From positions 1 to 56,828 of IMG/VR virus record IMGVR_UViG_3300025687_000053: a DNA stretch of 56,828 nucleotides. One strand, 5' to 3'. The notes below the pieces were generated by a model. That model was not told where the DNA came from. It ran no database searches and was given only the letters and a program-made list of their open reading frames with translations. The DNA is from a virus (lineage: Duplodnaviria > Caudoviricetes). A program made the position numbers and the translations under genes. Positions within the stretch are counted from its first letter, which is position 1; each line of letters starts with the position of its first letter. This document shows positions 36,967 through 47,497 of this stretch, piece after piece.

Positions 36967-37905
36967 TTAATTATTAGTATTTAATGATTCCGTATTATCA
37001 ATCAATAACGACTCCGAATCGCTAATGCTTAACGTTCCAGGGGTTACCGTGATATAATTTGTCTTTGTTTCAATTGCTTGTCCTTGTTCTGTATTAAACA
37101 CAACAAGAGTGACCGTGTATGTTCCTGCTTCATTGTACGTGTGTAAGGGGTTCTGTTGATCACTGGTACTACCATCTCCAAAGTCCCAACTCCAGACCGC
37201 AACGCCCCCTGTACTATTATCTGTGAACTGAACATCTAAAAATGCTTCACCAGCTAGTACATCCGCTTCAAAGTCTGCTACCAGTACATTGACTGAGGAA
37301 TCTGTTTTATCAACGTCGATAATAATCTCTACCAAGCCGTCGGCTGTGTAATCATCTTTCGTATAGTTGCCTGAGTTACTGACATCCCCCCGATCACCGT
37401 CTCCCCAGAAGATGTTAGAACTTCTTCCCTTATCATACGTCACTGTGACTGTGTTTCCTGTGATTTGCGTGTAGTATTTAATGGCGTTAGGGTTAACGTC
37501 CCTGAATCCCAGTTTAAACACGTATAGAGAGTTCTGTAGGCGTATGTGCACCGTTGGGACGATAGTGGTAGAACGTTCAGCCAATACTGCAAATCTTTTG
37601 GTCGGGTCTGGGTCTACATCATCCTCTCTTATTGACAAGACAAACAAACCCTTATCAAACATATAACTAATCAGGTCATCTACTTTTTGACGAGCCGATA
37701 ATTGGTCACCTGCCTTTACCAAACAAAAGAAAACGAACTCATTGCTATCAAAGCGTTGGTTGGTTAACAACTTCTCAACACCAGACTTGTCTTGCCATAC
37801 CCTCGTGTCGGGACGCTCATTGGCAAATGATAGTAGACCTGTGTGGTCTAGTACCTTCACGCCGTAGGTGGCTTCTAAGTCTTTATTATCAATGTAAAAT
37901 TTCAT
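36967..37905 (-). CDS. Distal tail (Dit-like) protein with a PKD domain
   Basis: IDNKDL..TYGV; PKD signature WSWDFGDGSTS..QNP.HTY...GTYTVTL. Confidence 0.75.
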   Translation of the reverse strand: MKFYIDNKDLEATYGVKVLDHTGLLSFANERPDTRVWQDKSGVEKLLTNQRFDSNEFVFFCLVKAGDQLSARQKVDDLISYMFDKGLFVLSIREDDVDPDPTKRFAVLAERSTTIVPTVHIRLQNSLYVFKLGFRDVNPNAIKYYTQITGNTVTVTYDKGRSSNIFWGDGDRGDVSNSGNYTKDDYTADGLVEIIIDVDKTDSSVNVLVADFEADVLAGEAFLDVQFTDNSTGGVAVWSWDFGDGSTSDQQNPLHTYNEAGTYTVTLVVFNTEQGQAIETKTNYITVTPGTLSISDSESLLIDNTESLNTNN

Positions 37906-37909
37906 ATTC

Positions 37910-40900
37910 TTATGCTTCTAAGTTTTCAACTGTCCTACGTGTATTCTCTGCTATCTGTGGTAGATAACTCGTATACTCTTTAATCGCATTTAATACTACC
38001 AAATTTACTAAACTATTTTGATAGATTTCTGAACTGTTATCTGCGATGATTTGATTTGATAACATAATTGCTCCTAAACGTCCCACCAAACTTGAGGCTG
38101 ACTCTTCTGTTATTGCCGCAGATACGATCGCCCCTGCGGGTGCTTTATCAGGTCCGCCGGCGTCTCCACTAAACGCAGATTCGAAACCAGCTTGTTCCGC
38201 TAACTCATCTGCCTTTTTAAAAGCATCTAATATATCCTCCTGTGCGCCGGATAGGTTATTGTAAAACTCACCGAGTGAACTAATAACGTCTTCTTGTAGT
38301 TCCGCTGCTGGGATATCTCCTTTTGCATAGGCCGTCGCGCTTTCTTTTGTCGCCTTGTCCAACTTATCTATAAAAGGTTGTAATAAAGCAAACTCAATGG
38401 TGTCCCGCGTAAAGTTCTCAATCATTGTGGACATACTAGCACTGAGCCCCTTTAAAGACTGATCGCCCCCCTCATACATATCTTGAAATGCTTTGGTGAC
38501 TTCACCAGCCACATTGCCAAAAATACTGGATATGTACTGGGCGAATTGGTCGTATGCTGTTTCCAGTAGATCAGTATTCTCTATCAAACCTTCTAAAAAT
38601 TGTTGGTTCTCCTCTGATAGGTTTTCAGTATTCACCACAGTTTTCAACAATTCGGTATTAAGTTGTCCATTTGCATCAACCAACTCTGGATATAGACTCA
38701 ACAGACTTTCGAATTGGTCTTCAAAGCCAAATGTCTCAGCGAACTTTCCACGGTCTTTTGTTGTGGCTAGGATACTGTTTAAGGCTGCTTCTACGTCACT
38801 TTTTACCTTATCCGGGTCTACGACCTTAATGTTCTCCGCTTCTTTATTAAACAACTTCCTAACACCTTTCACGGCCAAGCTAAACCCACCAAGAGGCGTT
38901 ATCAGACTTTCAAGGTACGATTTTCCAAAAGACTCAACCCCTTGTATGTTTTCTTCGTTGTATGTTTGGATTTGTAGTAGAATGTCTTTTTGATTTCCTA
39001 AAACATTATTATAAGCGCCCAATCCTCGCAATGCTTCTTGCCATCGGTTTTGGCTAAAATAAGAAGTACTCTCTTCCGCCAATTGGTTTTGCTCAATCAA
39101 TAAACGGTTATACACTTGTTGATATTTGATTTGTTTTACAGCAGCGTCAGTTCTTCTTGTTTCTATATCCTCAACTGCCTGCTGCAGTGAAGCGTACACC
39201 TTAACCGCCGCACTCAATGCGATGAGTACTGCGGAGGCTTTATCCAAGTCAGAGGCTGCTGCATCAATTCCCTTAATTGCTTTCAACATTCCAACAAACC
39301 CCTGAGTCGCGCCGGCAATCCCTTTCACCATTATCCCAATCTCAGAACCTGCGTTTCCAAAACTATCTACCAAATCATTTGTCAACTCCCGCACATTATT
39401 CATCACCTCGACAGTATCCTGAAATGATTTGGTGCTTGTGGCTGTTGCTTTATTCAACTTCTCAATCATATTGGTGATTACCAATATATCCTCAGGAGAT
39501 AAAGTAGTATCAAGTTTTATCCTTTCATTTAATGCTTGTAACCGTTTTTGAATTTCCACCACCCCTGCTTCTGCTGCTTTTGGTAAATCCTTTTCCAACC
39601 AGTCTTGATATTTCTTATTCTGTTTAAGAATGTTATCATCCAATTCTTCTAACTCCCGAGCTAAAGCCCTTTCTGCTACTTTAGCTTTTTCACCGTACCC
39701 TTTTTCGTACAGATCATTTATCTTTTCTTGGTAGTCCTTCTCAATTTCTGTTCTTTGTTCTGTGTACGTTTTGAATTGATCTACTAACGCGGATAACTGG
39801 TCTTTCTGATTTTGTAAAGACTCATCATCAATCAATTGTATTTGTCCGCGTATTTGTTCTTGTTCCAACTTATCTTTCGTAAGTGTTAAAACCTTTTCTA
39901 AATACTCGCGTTCTGCTTGTAGTAAGGCTTCATTCTTTTCGTACGCCAACTTTTCTTCTGTACCATACTTCTGTTCTATTAAATTGATTTCCTTTTGGTA
40001 GGTTAATTCTGCCGCTTCTAATGTACGTTCTGTCAAGGATTTGTTTAACTGGTCTACACGGGCTTGTTTAGTGTCAATCTCCACCTGTAACCTATCCAAT
40101 TCCGCTTGGTTAACGATACCCGTTTGTTCTTGTCGTTTGGTTTCTAAGTCACTAATCTCATCTTCCAGTTTTTTGATGGTCTGTAACTGTGCTACTGTAC
40201 CTGCTCCAGTCTTTCCCCCAGTTCCTAAAGTCCCCTCCTCAATGGCTAACAACTTAGCATTGATTGCTGCCAACTTTGATTGCAAATCATCAGCATCTTT
40301 AAGGCTTTCGTCCGCTGCTGCTAAATATGCTTTATAGCGATCCCGTAAAACATTGTCACTATCTGGCTGCGCCCCCTCATCTAAAGTAAATAAATAAGCC
40401 TTCTTAAATTGCTCAAATGTAAATAGCACTTCATCACCAAGTTCACGTACCAACTCGGGCGTCTTTTCTATTTCCGCTAATATTTTTTCACGTTCCTTGA
40501 ATAAATCAGCATATTGTTTACCGAGATCCACAACATTTTTTTGATATTGTATTTCAGCAAATAAAGCGTCCTTGCGTTGTTGTATACGTTTGGACTCTAT
40601 AGCTGCTTCATACTCGCTCAATTCTGCATTACTGGATACTGATTCTTGCTCCGCAATTAATTCCTCTAGTTTCGACTGAAGTATTTTTAGACGGGTTACT
40701 TTTTCAAGGTTTTTAATGTATGTATCAAATACCTTATTTAAATCCCCCATTGAGGCTTGTTCCCCATCAATATTTTTAAGTAAATCCGGGTACTCATCGT
40801 TCAATTCATTTATTAAGGCAACACGCCTAGCACTTCCGGGTTCCGTACGGCTTAACATAGAACGGTATGTACCCAATGCCCTTGTTTCTTTTTCAACGGC

Positions 40901-42772
40901 GGATGTTGTTTTGTCGGTGACATCATTTAAATCCTGCGCTAACTCCTCACTCTTACTTAACTCATCATTAAAATCAATTAAGAATGGTATAGCGAGGGAT
41001 AATGCCGTTACGATTAATCCAATCGGGTTTGTGGCGAACGCTACTCTCATTGCCCGCATCGCTGTGGTTAATCTTAAAGTAGCAATGGTGAATGCATTTT
41101 TGGTTGCGGTGGCTCCTTTAGTGGTTGCCGTGTCCAAACGTGTTTGAATAATCCCTGCTTGAGTAGCCGCTATATTTCCCTGTTTAGTAGCGGTAGCAAT
41201 TTTTTCAGTGGTTGCTTTCTGGGTAATAACCGCTGACGCTTTTTGGTTCTCCAAGTTTTCAATGCGTTGTTGAATGATTTTGTACTTGGTTAAATCGCCA
41301 GATGTTTTTGCCTGTGTTAATGCTATTTTTTCTGCTGCTATTTTAGCATTAAGTGAATTAATGGCTAATTTGTTTTTCTGCGCCTCAATAATAGCACTCG
41401 ATTTGATTACTTTTTGCTTATCAACAATAATCTGTAATTCACGTAATTCCTCAACCTGTTTTTGCTTAATCGTTAATAACTGCGCTTTTGTGAGTTTGTT
41501 TATGTTGGTAATGCCTAATTGCTGCTTTTCTTGCGCGGTTAAATTCTTAGCAATGTATAAACCTTCCAATTGCGCCGCTCTCAACGAGTTTGCCGTGCGT
41601 ATCTTAGCAGCTTTTGATAACGCCAAGGTAGACACCTTATAAGTAATAAACGCAGCCGATAGAGCTTTTATGGCTGTCAAGTACTTATCAATATCACCAG
41701 AGTCAAATGCTTCGTTCAAGTTGCCCGCTAATTTAGAAATGGTTTTAACGGCATCATTGCCTAAATCACTAAACGTTGCGAGTAAATTGTTTTTAAGTTG
41801 GTTGATTTGGAAATCGGCACTTTCCGTTACTTGGTCGAATGCTGCATCGACCACACCAGCACTCTCACTCATTGCCAATAAATCTTGAGCAGCTCCCTTA
41901 GCATTGATTCCTGTTAGCCCGAGAACACCGTTGACCGCCTCAACCCTCCCAAGCATGTCTTTCAGTTGGGTTTGGCTTCCACCTGCTTTGTCGGCTACCT
42001 GTTGTATGGCTTCTTGGTAGGTCATTAGTTCCGACCATCCGTCTCCTAAAATCGGGTTCATGGCAATAATAGAAGAACGTATCTGTGTGATTGCTTGGGC
42101 GGTTGGTGTTCCCTGTTTGGTTAATGTCGCAATCGCTGCTGTAATTTCTTCCAAAGGTATTCCCGCACTCGCTGCCAATGGGGCGACAACGGCTATGCTA
42201 CCAGCCAATTGATCGAACGTCGTCTTACCATATTTAACCGTATTGAAAAGAACATCGTTGACCCGCCCAGATTCCGTTGCTTCCAGTTTCCAAGCATTCA
42301 GTACAGTTGTTAAACCATCGGCGGCTACTTTAATATCTACGAACCCCGCCACACTTGCTTTATTAGCAGCATTCAGTAATTCTAAACCAGCAGCACCATC
42401 ATACCCAGCCGAAACAACATCGTAAAAAGCATTCCCAAGCTCTATTGCTGTTTTGTTTGACTGGGTAGCCATTTCAATAAGGATATCTCGGTAACCCTCG
42501 AAGTCTTCTGTCACCGCGCCGGAAATAGTTTGGACTTCTTTTAAAGACGTTTCCAAGTCTTTATTGAAGTTTATTATCTCACGCCCAGCAGCACCGATGG
42601 CGAGGATGGATACCGTGTTTCTAATAGTGCTGCCCAGTTCTGAAAATGAATCATCCAGTTGTTGTGTCTGTGACTCTACATTGGTACTGAACTTATTCAT
42701 AGACTTATTCATGCGAGACAGGTCCTTTTCAAAACCCCTGTCTATTCCACTTGTAAATTCTAATCCAGGCAT
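37910..42772 (-). CDS. Tail tape measure protein
   Basis: 1620 aa, helical; TP901-type core (VKYGKTTFDQLA), TNPIGLIV motif. Confidence 0.92.
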   Translation of the reverse strand: MPGLEFTSGIDRGFEKDLSRMNKSMNKFSTNVESQTQQLDDSFSELGSTIRNTVSILAIGAAGREIINFNKDLETSLKEVQTISGAVTEDFEGYRDILIEMATQSNKTAIELGNAFYDVVSAGYDGAAGLELLNAANKASVAGFVDIKVAADGLTTVLNAWKLEATESGRVNDVLFNTVKYGKTTFDQLAGSIAVVAPLAASAGIPLEEITAAIATLTKQGTPTAQAITQIRSSIIAMNPILGDGWSELMTYQEAIQQVADKAGGSQTQLKDMLGRVEAVNGVLGLTGINAKGAAQDLLAMSESAGVVDAAFDQVTESADFQINQLKNNLLATFSDLGNDAVKTISKLAGNLNEAFDSGDIDKYLTAIKALSAAFITYKVSTLALSKAAKIRTANSLRAAQLEGLYIAKNLTAQEKQQLGITNINKLTKAQLLTIKQKQVEELRELQIIVDKQKVIKSSAIIEAQKNKLAINSLNAKIAAEKIALTQAKTSGDLTKYKIIQQRIENLENQKASAVITQKATTEKIATATKQGNIAATQAGIIQTRLDTATTKGATATKNAFTIATLRLTTAMRAMRVAFATNPIGLIVTALSLAIPFLIDFNDELSKSEELAQDLNDVTDKTTSAVEKETRALGTYRSMLSRTEPGSARRVALINELNDEYPDLLKNIDGEQASMGDLNKVFDTYIKNLEKVTRLKILQSKLEELIAEQESVSSNAELSEYEAAIESKRIQQRKDALFAEIQYQKNVVDLGKQYADLFKEREKILAEIEKTPELVRELGDEVLFTFEQFKKAYLFTLDEGAQPDSDNVLRDRYKAYLAAADESLKDADDLQSKLAAINAKLLAIEEGTLGTGGKTGAGTVAQLQTIKKLEDEISDLETKRQEQTGIVNQAELDRLQVEIDTKQARVDQLNKSLTERTLEAAELTYQKEINLIEQKYGTEEKLAYEKNEALLQAEREYLEKVLTLTKDKLEQEQIRGQIQLIDDESLQNQKDQLSALVDQFKTYTEQRTEIEKDYQEKINDLYEKGYGEKAKVAERALARELEELDDNILKQNKKYQDWLEKDLPKAAEAGVVEIQKRLQALNERIKLDTTLSPEDILVITNMIEKLNKATATSTKSFQDTVEVMNNVRELTNDLVDSFGNAGSEIGIMVKGIAGATQGFVGMLKAIKGIDAAASDLDKASAVLIALSAAVKVYASLQQAVEDIETRRTDAAVKQIKYQQVYNRLLIEQNQLAEESTSYFSQNRWQEALRGLGAYNNVLGNQKDILLQIQTYNEENIQGVESFGKSYLESLITPLGGFSLAVKGVRKLFNKEAENIKVVDPDKVKSDVEAALNSILATTKDRGKFAETFGFEDQFESLLSLYPELVDANGQLNTELLKTVVNTENLSEENQQFLEGLIENTDLLETAYDQFAQYISSIFGNVAGEVTKAFQDMYEGGDQSLKGLSASMSTMIENFTRDTIEFALLQPFIDKLDKATKESATAYAKGDIPAAELQEDVISSLGEFYNNLSGAQEDILDAFKKADELAEQAGFESAFSGDAGGPDKAPAGAIVSAAITEESASSLVGRLGAIMLSNQIIADNSSEIYQNSLVNLVVLNAIKEYTSYLPQIAENTRRTVENLEA

Positions 42773-42784
42773 CGCGTGTGTTGT

Positions 42785-43069
42785 TTAACCAAAGAGTCCA
42801 CTGATAGCCGCCATTTCATCTTTAGCCGTTTGTGGGATCTTTTCGTTGTTATTTGTTTTCGTTGTTCCATTGGATGATTCGCGTTCTTCTTTCACTTTGT
42901 CGTAATCGATGGAGGGTGCTGTTAACATACCAAGAACAATCATCAACCAAGGCGTCCTCATAATTTCTTCAATTCCCATACCTGTTTTCTCTTGGTATGC
43001 GAATATATATCCCATTATTGTGTTGCCTCCTTTAATAGGGTATTGTCCTTCATGTGAACCATCTTCCAA
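42785..43069 (-). CDS. Tail assembly chaperone, downstream (gpT-like) frame
   Basis: Lies in the -1 frame relative to the upstream chaperone, immediately before the tape measure gene. Confidence 0.6.
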   Translation of the reverse strand: MEDGSHEGQYPIKGGNTIMGYIFAYQEKTGMGIEEIMRTPWLMIVLGMLTAPSIDYDKVKEERESSNGTTKTNNNEKIPQTAKDEMAAISGLFG

Positions 43070-43455
43070 TAGCTGAAAAAAAAAGCGGGTTCAGCCATTT
43101 TATAGAGAGTCATATACATCTGCCAAATCTGTCGTTGGCTTGAGCGTCTTAGTTTAAGGTATATAAAGGGAACCAACACCCAACCAAATGGACGTTGATT
43201 TAATATTCCGATCATACAGTACTTAAATAATAAGGGGAGTAAAGGCTCCTGAACGGTTGGATTATAGAAATCATTAACCGTAGGTTCCTCCTGTCCTTCT
43301 GGTAACAACGCCTGCATCTGTGCCCTTACCTTACACATTCTGATATGTGTTCTTGCAGTAAGGTATCTAAGGTGAAAGGGAAAAATCCCTAACACCTTGA
43401 AACCTTTTAATCTGACAGGATCATTAGCTGCTATGTCCGCTAATTGTTCTCTCAT
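43015..43455 (-). CDS. Tail assembly chaperone (gpG-like)
   Basis: Between the tail tube and tape measure genes; contains a U9 slippery run. Confidence 0.65.
   Translation of the reverse strand: MREQLADIAANDPVRLKGFKVLGIFPFHLRYLTARTHIRMCKVRAQMQALLPEGQEEPTVNDFYNPTVQEPLLPLLFKYCMIGILNQRPFGWVLVPFIYLKLRRSSQRQIWQMYMTLYKMAEPAFFFSYWKMVHMKDNTLLKEATQ
43076..43084 (-). other. Putative -1 ribosomal frameshift site (U UUU UUU)
   Basis: GCT TTT TTT TTC; a -1 slip enters the open 42785..43069 frame. Confidence 0.6.
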
Positions 43456-43470
43456 CGCTTCTTACACTAA

Positions 43471-44241
43471 TTAAGCAGCTACGGTAACAGTAACAGTCCA
43501 AGTCTTAGTCGTACCATCTGCGGCAGTAACAACGTACTCAACAGGGTTCGTGAAGTCTTGTGCAACTTTGTTAACTGGTGCGATAGACGCTCCAAGTGAA
43601 ATTGCGATAGTTGGGACAAGGTCTGTGACATCTGTTCCGTTAGCAACTTCGATATCAATTTCACCCGTACCTGAAGTAATTGTAGCAGGTCCAGTTTGTT
43701 CTTCCATACTAAAGGCAGTGATTTCAGCATTACTAATAGCTGCTGCTTTAATAAGGTCCATTGCATAAGTTGGTTCACCAACCTTAGAAGGAGTGAGAAC
43801 AGTTGTGTTGACTTGGAAGTAATGCAAGTCGTCGTCGTTCATGATTGGGAACGCATCGAATGAACATCTTGGTAGACTTACCAACACGTTCTTGTCTGTT
43901 AAGAACAGAATCGAACGTTCGATTGATTGGTTTGGATTTGCTGGGGATTCAAAACGAATTGAATCTGCGTCCTCAACAACCACACCACCAATCATGTCTG
44001 CAATCACTTCTGCATCAAAGTCCGCAAATTGGAAATTCATCGTTGTGTCACCTTTTACAATGGCACTTTCGACTACGTCACCAAGCACGTTCTTATATGT
44101 AGTCGTGTCGGCGTCTGAGCCGTTAAACTGACATGTCGCTTCACGGGTTCCAATTTGAAGCTCCGTTAGCTGGGTACTGATTCCACCATCGGCTTCGATA
44201 GGACCGTACCATAATTTCTTAACTTTTATGGATGTTTTCAT
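43471..44241 (-). CDS. Major tail tube protein with a C-terminal Ig-like domain
   Basis: Position; C-terminal P..AQDFTNPVEYVVTAADGTTKTWTVTV. Confidence 0.82.
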   Translation of the reverse strand: MKTSIKVKKLWYGPIEADGGISTQLTELQIGTREATCQFNGSDADTTTYKNVLGDVVESAIVKGDTTMNFQFADFDAEVIADMIGGVVVEDADSIRFESPANPNQSIERSILFLTDKNVLVSLPRCSFDAFPIMNDDDLHYFQVNTTVLTPSKVGEPTYAMDLIKAAAISNAEITAFSMEEQTGPATITSGTGEIDIEVANGTDVTDLVPTIAISLGASIAPVNKVAQDFTNPVEYVVTAADGTTKTWTVTVTVAA

Positions 44242-44645
44242 GAATTCAAATATTTAAAATTAATTTTTAGTATTGCATAATACTGTTGAACTTCCAGAAC
44301 TGGTTCCGTGTATATCTCTCGACTTTGGATGTAGTAAGTATACTCAGGCATATCCAGTAAATTTTGTGACAACTGGTACAGTAGAGCTTCGAGTTGTACA
44401 GCACGTGTACTATTTTCAGCCCATGTAGTACCCAATTGAATATTCTTATAGAAGATTTTAACAAACACAGTGCCATCAAATACGAACTTCCCCTGTACAC
44501 CTGGAATGATATGGACAACCGTATCCTCTAACTCGCTTTCTGTTGGACGTGTCTTACGGTATATCTCCCCATTCGTATTCGCAGGAATACTGCTAGCTTT
44601 GATAACCTCAATCACATCTGTTATGACATCCGTCGTAGTTTTCAT
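44238..44645 (-). CDS. Tail terminator-like protein
   Basis: Position and size; GEIYR..RP motif. Confidence 0.6.
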   Translation of the reverse strand: MKTTTDVITDVIEVIKASSIPANTNGEIYRKTRPTESELEDTVVHIIPGVQGKFVFDGTVFVKIFYKNIQLGTTWAENSTRAVQLEALLYQLSQNLLDMPEYTYYIQSREIYTEPVLEVQQYYAILKINFKYLNS

Positions 44646-45073
44646 ATCGTTTGTTTTAATCGTTCCAATAGTAAAGGCAACTCGCGTTCCATACGCAGTT
44701 TGCTTTTCTGTAACACGTTTAATCCGTGCAGGTTCTCAACATATGTGGCGTATTCCATTCCCGCTACAATTATGAGCACATAACCTGACGTATATTTTTG
44801 GCTTATTTGGTCTAAATAGGTTTTTCCAGTACTAGACCCTTTCCCCGTGTTAGTAAACCCCACATAAGAGACGGGGCGGCCATTTTTTAACACAACCCCA
44901 CCGATGCTTGATTTTAGGTTTCCTGTTCTATCTTGATACCCTGCTGATTCCTTTGCATGATTCTCTAATTGAATGACTAAATATTGGAGATTGTAGAGCA
45001 AAGCCTTCTCAACCTTCGCACCATAATCCTGCAAAGCCTTATTGACTGCTTTTTTATTCTTGAGCTGAAACAT
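44642..45073 (-). CDS. HK97 gp10-like neck/tail completion protein
   Basis: YQDRTGNLKSSI, AGMEYATYVE. Confidence 0.78.
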   Translation of the reverse strand: MFQLKNKKAVNKALQDYGAKVEKALLYNLQYLVIQLENHAKESAGYQDRTGNLKSSIGGVVLKNGRPVSYVGFTNTGKGSSTGKTYLDQISQKYTSGYVLIIVAGMEYATYVENLHGLNVLQKSKLRMERELPLLLERLKQTI

Positions 45074-45410
45074 CTCTCAATATTAATTTATTCTTCTTAA
45101 ACAAACTCAAAGGCTCGTTGGAATGTACTATGAAGTCACCCAACACGACACCATCTAAATTCTTCAATCTACACATTGTAAGAGCATTGGCGTCGTAACC
45201 ATCAGGCATTTCGGAAGGTTTGATATAGATACTATACTTTGCTTGTACATACTGACCATCTACCAGCATGCGATAATCCCTCTTAATCTGCTGTAGATTA
45301 CAAGGGACATAAGCTGAAACCTCATCAGCAGGAGGTATGGGGTTACGATTTTCGTCGTATCCCCCTCCTGTCTGTTTATGAAAAGCTATATAAGCATTGT
45401 CTAACTCCAT
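45054..45410 (-). CDS. Head closure / stopper-like protein
   Basis: GGYDENRNP..., VPCN; position. Confidence 0.6.
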   Translation of the reverse strand: MELDNAYIAFHKQTGGGYDENRNPIPPADEVSAYVPCNLQQIKRDYRMLVDGQYVQAKYSIYIKPSEMPDGYDANALTMCRLKNLDGVVLGDFIVHSNEPLSLFKKNKLILRDVSAQE

Positions 45411-45415
45411 AGTAT

Positions 45416-45739
45416 CTATCCATTGTAGTTTTCACCAATCAACCCATAGCGTCTACCACTAAAGGCGGGGTCGTTCAGTTCACCGTACACTCTATTCGCT
45501 CTGTTCTTGTAGTTCTTACGGTCTGCAGGCGTAATACTGATTTCCTGTTCCTTCAAATCTGGGGCTGTGAACATATACATGAACAAGTCCGCCTCAGCCA
45601 ATCTGTAGGCATCGGATTCAGCAATTGTGGTGGTGTACTCCTCTGTTAAGGTTAAACCCCTGTCTACGCCGATCTTTTCGACGTTGGCGTCTGGGATGGG
45701 GTACTGTACTAATGATGTCAAAGCTTCCTTGATAGTCAT
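45416..45739 (-). CDS. Head-tail adaptor-like protein
   Basis: MTIKEAL...YPIP..., LAEADL, AN.VY; directly after the major capsid gene. Confidence 0.6.
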   Translation of the reverse strand: MTIKEALTSLVQYPIPDANVEKIGVDRGLTLTEEYTTTIAESDAYRLAEADLFMYMFTAPDLKEQEISITPADRKNYKNRANRVYGELNDPAFSGRRYGLIGENYNG

Positions 45740-45758
45740 GGCTTTCAGTTTTTAGTTA

Positions 45759-46853
45759 TTACCACGCAACAGCGTCTACTTTCAAATAGAAGTTTTCGTG
45801 ATATGTATCTATTACTGGGAAGCCACGTCCTTTAGCATAAATCTTGCTATAAGATGGATCAACCTTCGTAATGTTACCAACTGTAAACCAAGACTCCGTC
45901 GTTTCGCGAGGGTCGATGATTGGTAAAGCATTCCATTGGAAATGACCAAGTACTTTTGACTGTGCGAAAACAGCTACACCGTTAGCAAACGGATTAGATG
46001 TCACTTCGTTACCATCAAGGTCTACTCTAGTTACGCGCTCATCAATAACCTCAAAGGCAATAGGCCCTGAGAAGTATTGTGCAAGCATTGCGTTAACTGC
46101 ATCCAATGTTGGGGGTGCTTGGGTGTCAAACAAGTTAGCAGCAAGTGACGCAGTGTATTTCTGAATCTGCGTATTGTTTCTAACATATGTCCACCACTTC
46201 TTATTGATGAAGATGGTTGTATACACCTTACTATATTCGTCCCCAAGGTCAATCGCAGATTCGATGTCGCCAAGTATCTCTGCAGCTGGGTTGTCCCAAC
46301 TTGTACCAACGGCGTCTTTCTGCCAAGCTTCCAAACCGTAATCCATACCAGTGATTCCTTGCATGTAAGGACTGTTTGCAGCGACGAAACCAATCTCACA
46401 AGCTGAACTAATCAAAGTCCAATCTAAGTAAGTCATTTCGGCGTACATCGCGTCTCTCACAAAACCTAAATCATCTCCGTAATAGTCTAACAGTTCACGA
46501 GCAGCAGTAGCGTTCTGTAACTGTGCGAAATTTCTTTTAAGTCTTTCGAACTTTTCAATTTCGTCAGCAGTCATTTCACGACCTTTACCAAATGTTGCCA
46601 TCTCACCCATAACATCCTTGAACCCTTTACGCCCTGACACAGGAACGGTTGAGTTTGGTGAAATAGGATCAGCAGCAATATTCTTTTTCAATGATCTATT
46701 CTGCATTGTTTTCCAATACGTATTCTCCGATCCGATAATCGGGAAGGTTCCTTCCGCCTTTGATGGTGGTAAGGGATTTGCTTCGTACCAAGCCTGAATA
46801 TCTTCAGTGGTTAGCATAGAAGCAACTTCAACGGGTTTATTTTTTCCAGTCAT
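45759..46853 (-). CDS. Major capsid protein (lambda gpE-like)
   Basis: 364 aa after the scaffold and decoration genes; GRGFPVI C-terminal motif. Confidence 0.8.
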   Translation of the reverse strand: MTGKNKPVEVASMLTTEDIQAWYEANPLPPSKAEGTFPIIGSENTYWKTMQNRSLKKNIAADPISPNSTVPVSGRKGFKDVMGEMATFGKGREMTADEIEKFERLKRNFAQLQNATAARELLDYYGDDLGFVRDAMYAEMTYLDWTLISSACEIGFVAANSPYMQGITGMDYGLEAWQKDAVGTSWDNPAAEILGDIESAIDLGDEYSKVYTTIFINKKWWTYVRNNTQIQKYTASLAANLFDTQAPPTLDAVNAMLAQYFSGPIAFEVIDERVTRVDLDGNEVTSNPFANGVAVFAQSKVLGHFQWNALPIIDPRETTESWFTVGNITKVDPSYSKIYAKGRGFPVIDTYHENFYLKVDAVAW

Positions 46854-46876
46854 TGTTTTTATCTCCTATCTTTTAA

Positions 46877-47473
46877 TTAATAACTAACCTCACCGATACC
46901 ATTCATGGTTGCTAGGTACAAAGCACCAATAGCATCTTTCAATACGTCTGCACGAATGAAAGCGTCTGCCATGAAAATAACGTGGTCTCCTGAAGGAACT
47001 TCGAACGCCTCCTTCAATATAGCGTCTGCGGTGTTTTCTAAAGCACCAGTATCAGCTCCCTCACCAGCCGCAACACTTGACTGATAAATAACTGTACCTT
47101 CAGCTGCGCTTTCTAACGCCGTACCTACTGTGATAGTATCGTAAACGACACCGCCCACAGTACCTGCCTCACGGGCAACTGTACCAGCATAAGCAGCTCC
47201 CCCAGCAACCTGGAATGCGATGTCTCCAGTCTTGAATTGGTTGGTTGCACTTTCAACACGCATGACAGTAGTCGTAGACCCTGCCAATAATTTTGCGGAT
47301 TTGCAAACTGTTCTTTTGCCATCTACTGGTGCAGTAACAGGTGTGCCCTCAGGAACAACTGTACCGGCAACCAATGTAGACAAAACCAACGAGATGCCCG
47401 CAGGAATATCAGCAATACGATTGATGATAACCTTTTTTGTTTGCTTGTCAGCACTTTTTGATATTTGCTTCAT
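46877..47473 (-). CDS. Head decoration protein
   Basis: DIPAGISL...VPEGTPV...CKSAK; lies between the scaffold and major capsid genes. Confidence 0.65.
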   Translation of the reverse strand: MKQISKSADKQTKKVIINRIADIPAGISLVLSTLVAGTVVPEGTPVTAPVDGKRTVCKSAKLLAGSTTTVMRVESATNQFKTGDIAFQVAGGAAYAGTVAREAGTVGGVVYDTITVGTALESAAEGTVIYQSSVAAGEGADTGALENTADAILKEAFEVPSGDHVIFMADAFIRADVLKDAIGALYLATMNGIGEVSY

Positions 47474-47497
47474 TGCTTAAAAAGATTTTTGTTTAAC

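Noticed and set aside
38493-42788. Multiple + strand ORFs opposite the tape measure gene, and similar antisense ORFs elsewhere
   Set aside because: They are antisense shadows with no motifs and conflict with the strict two-arm strand organisation.
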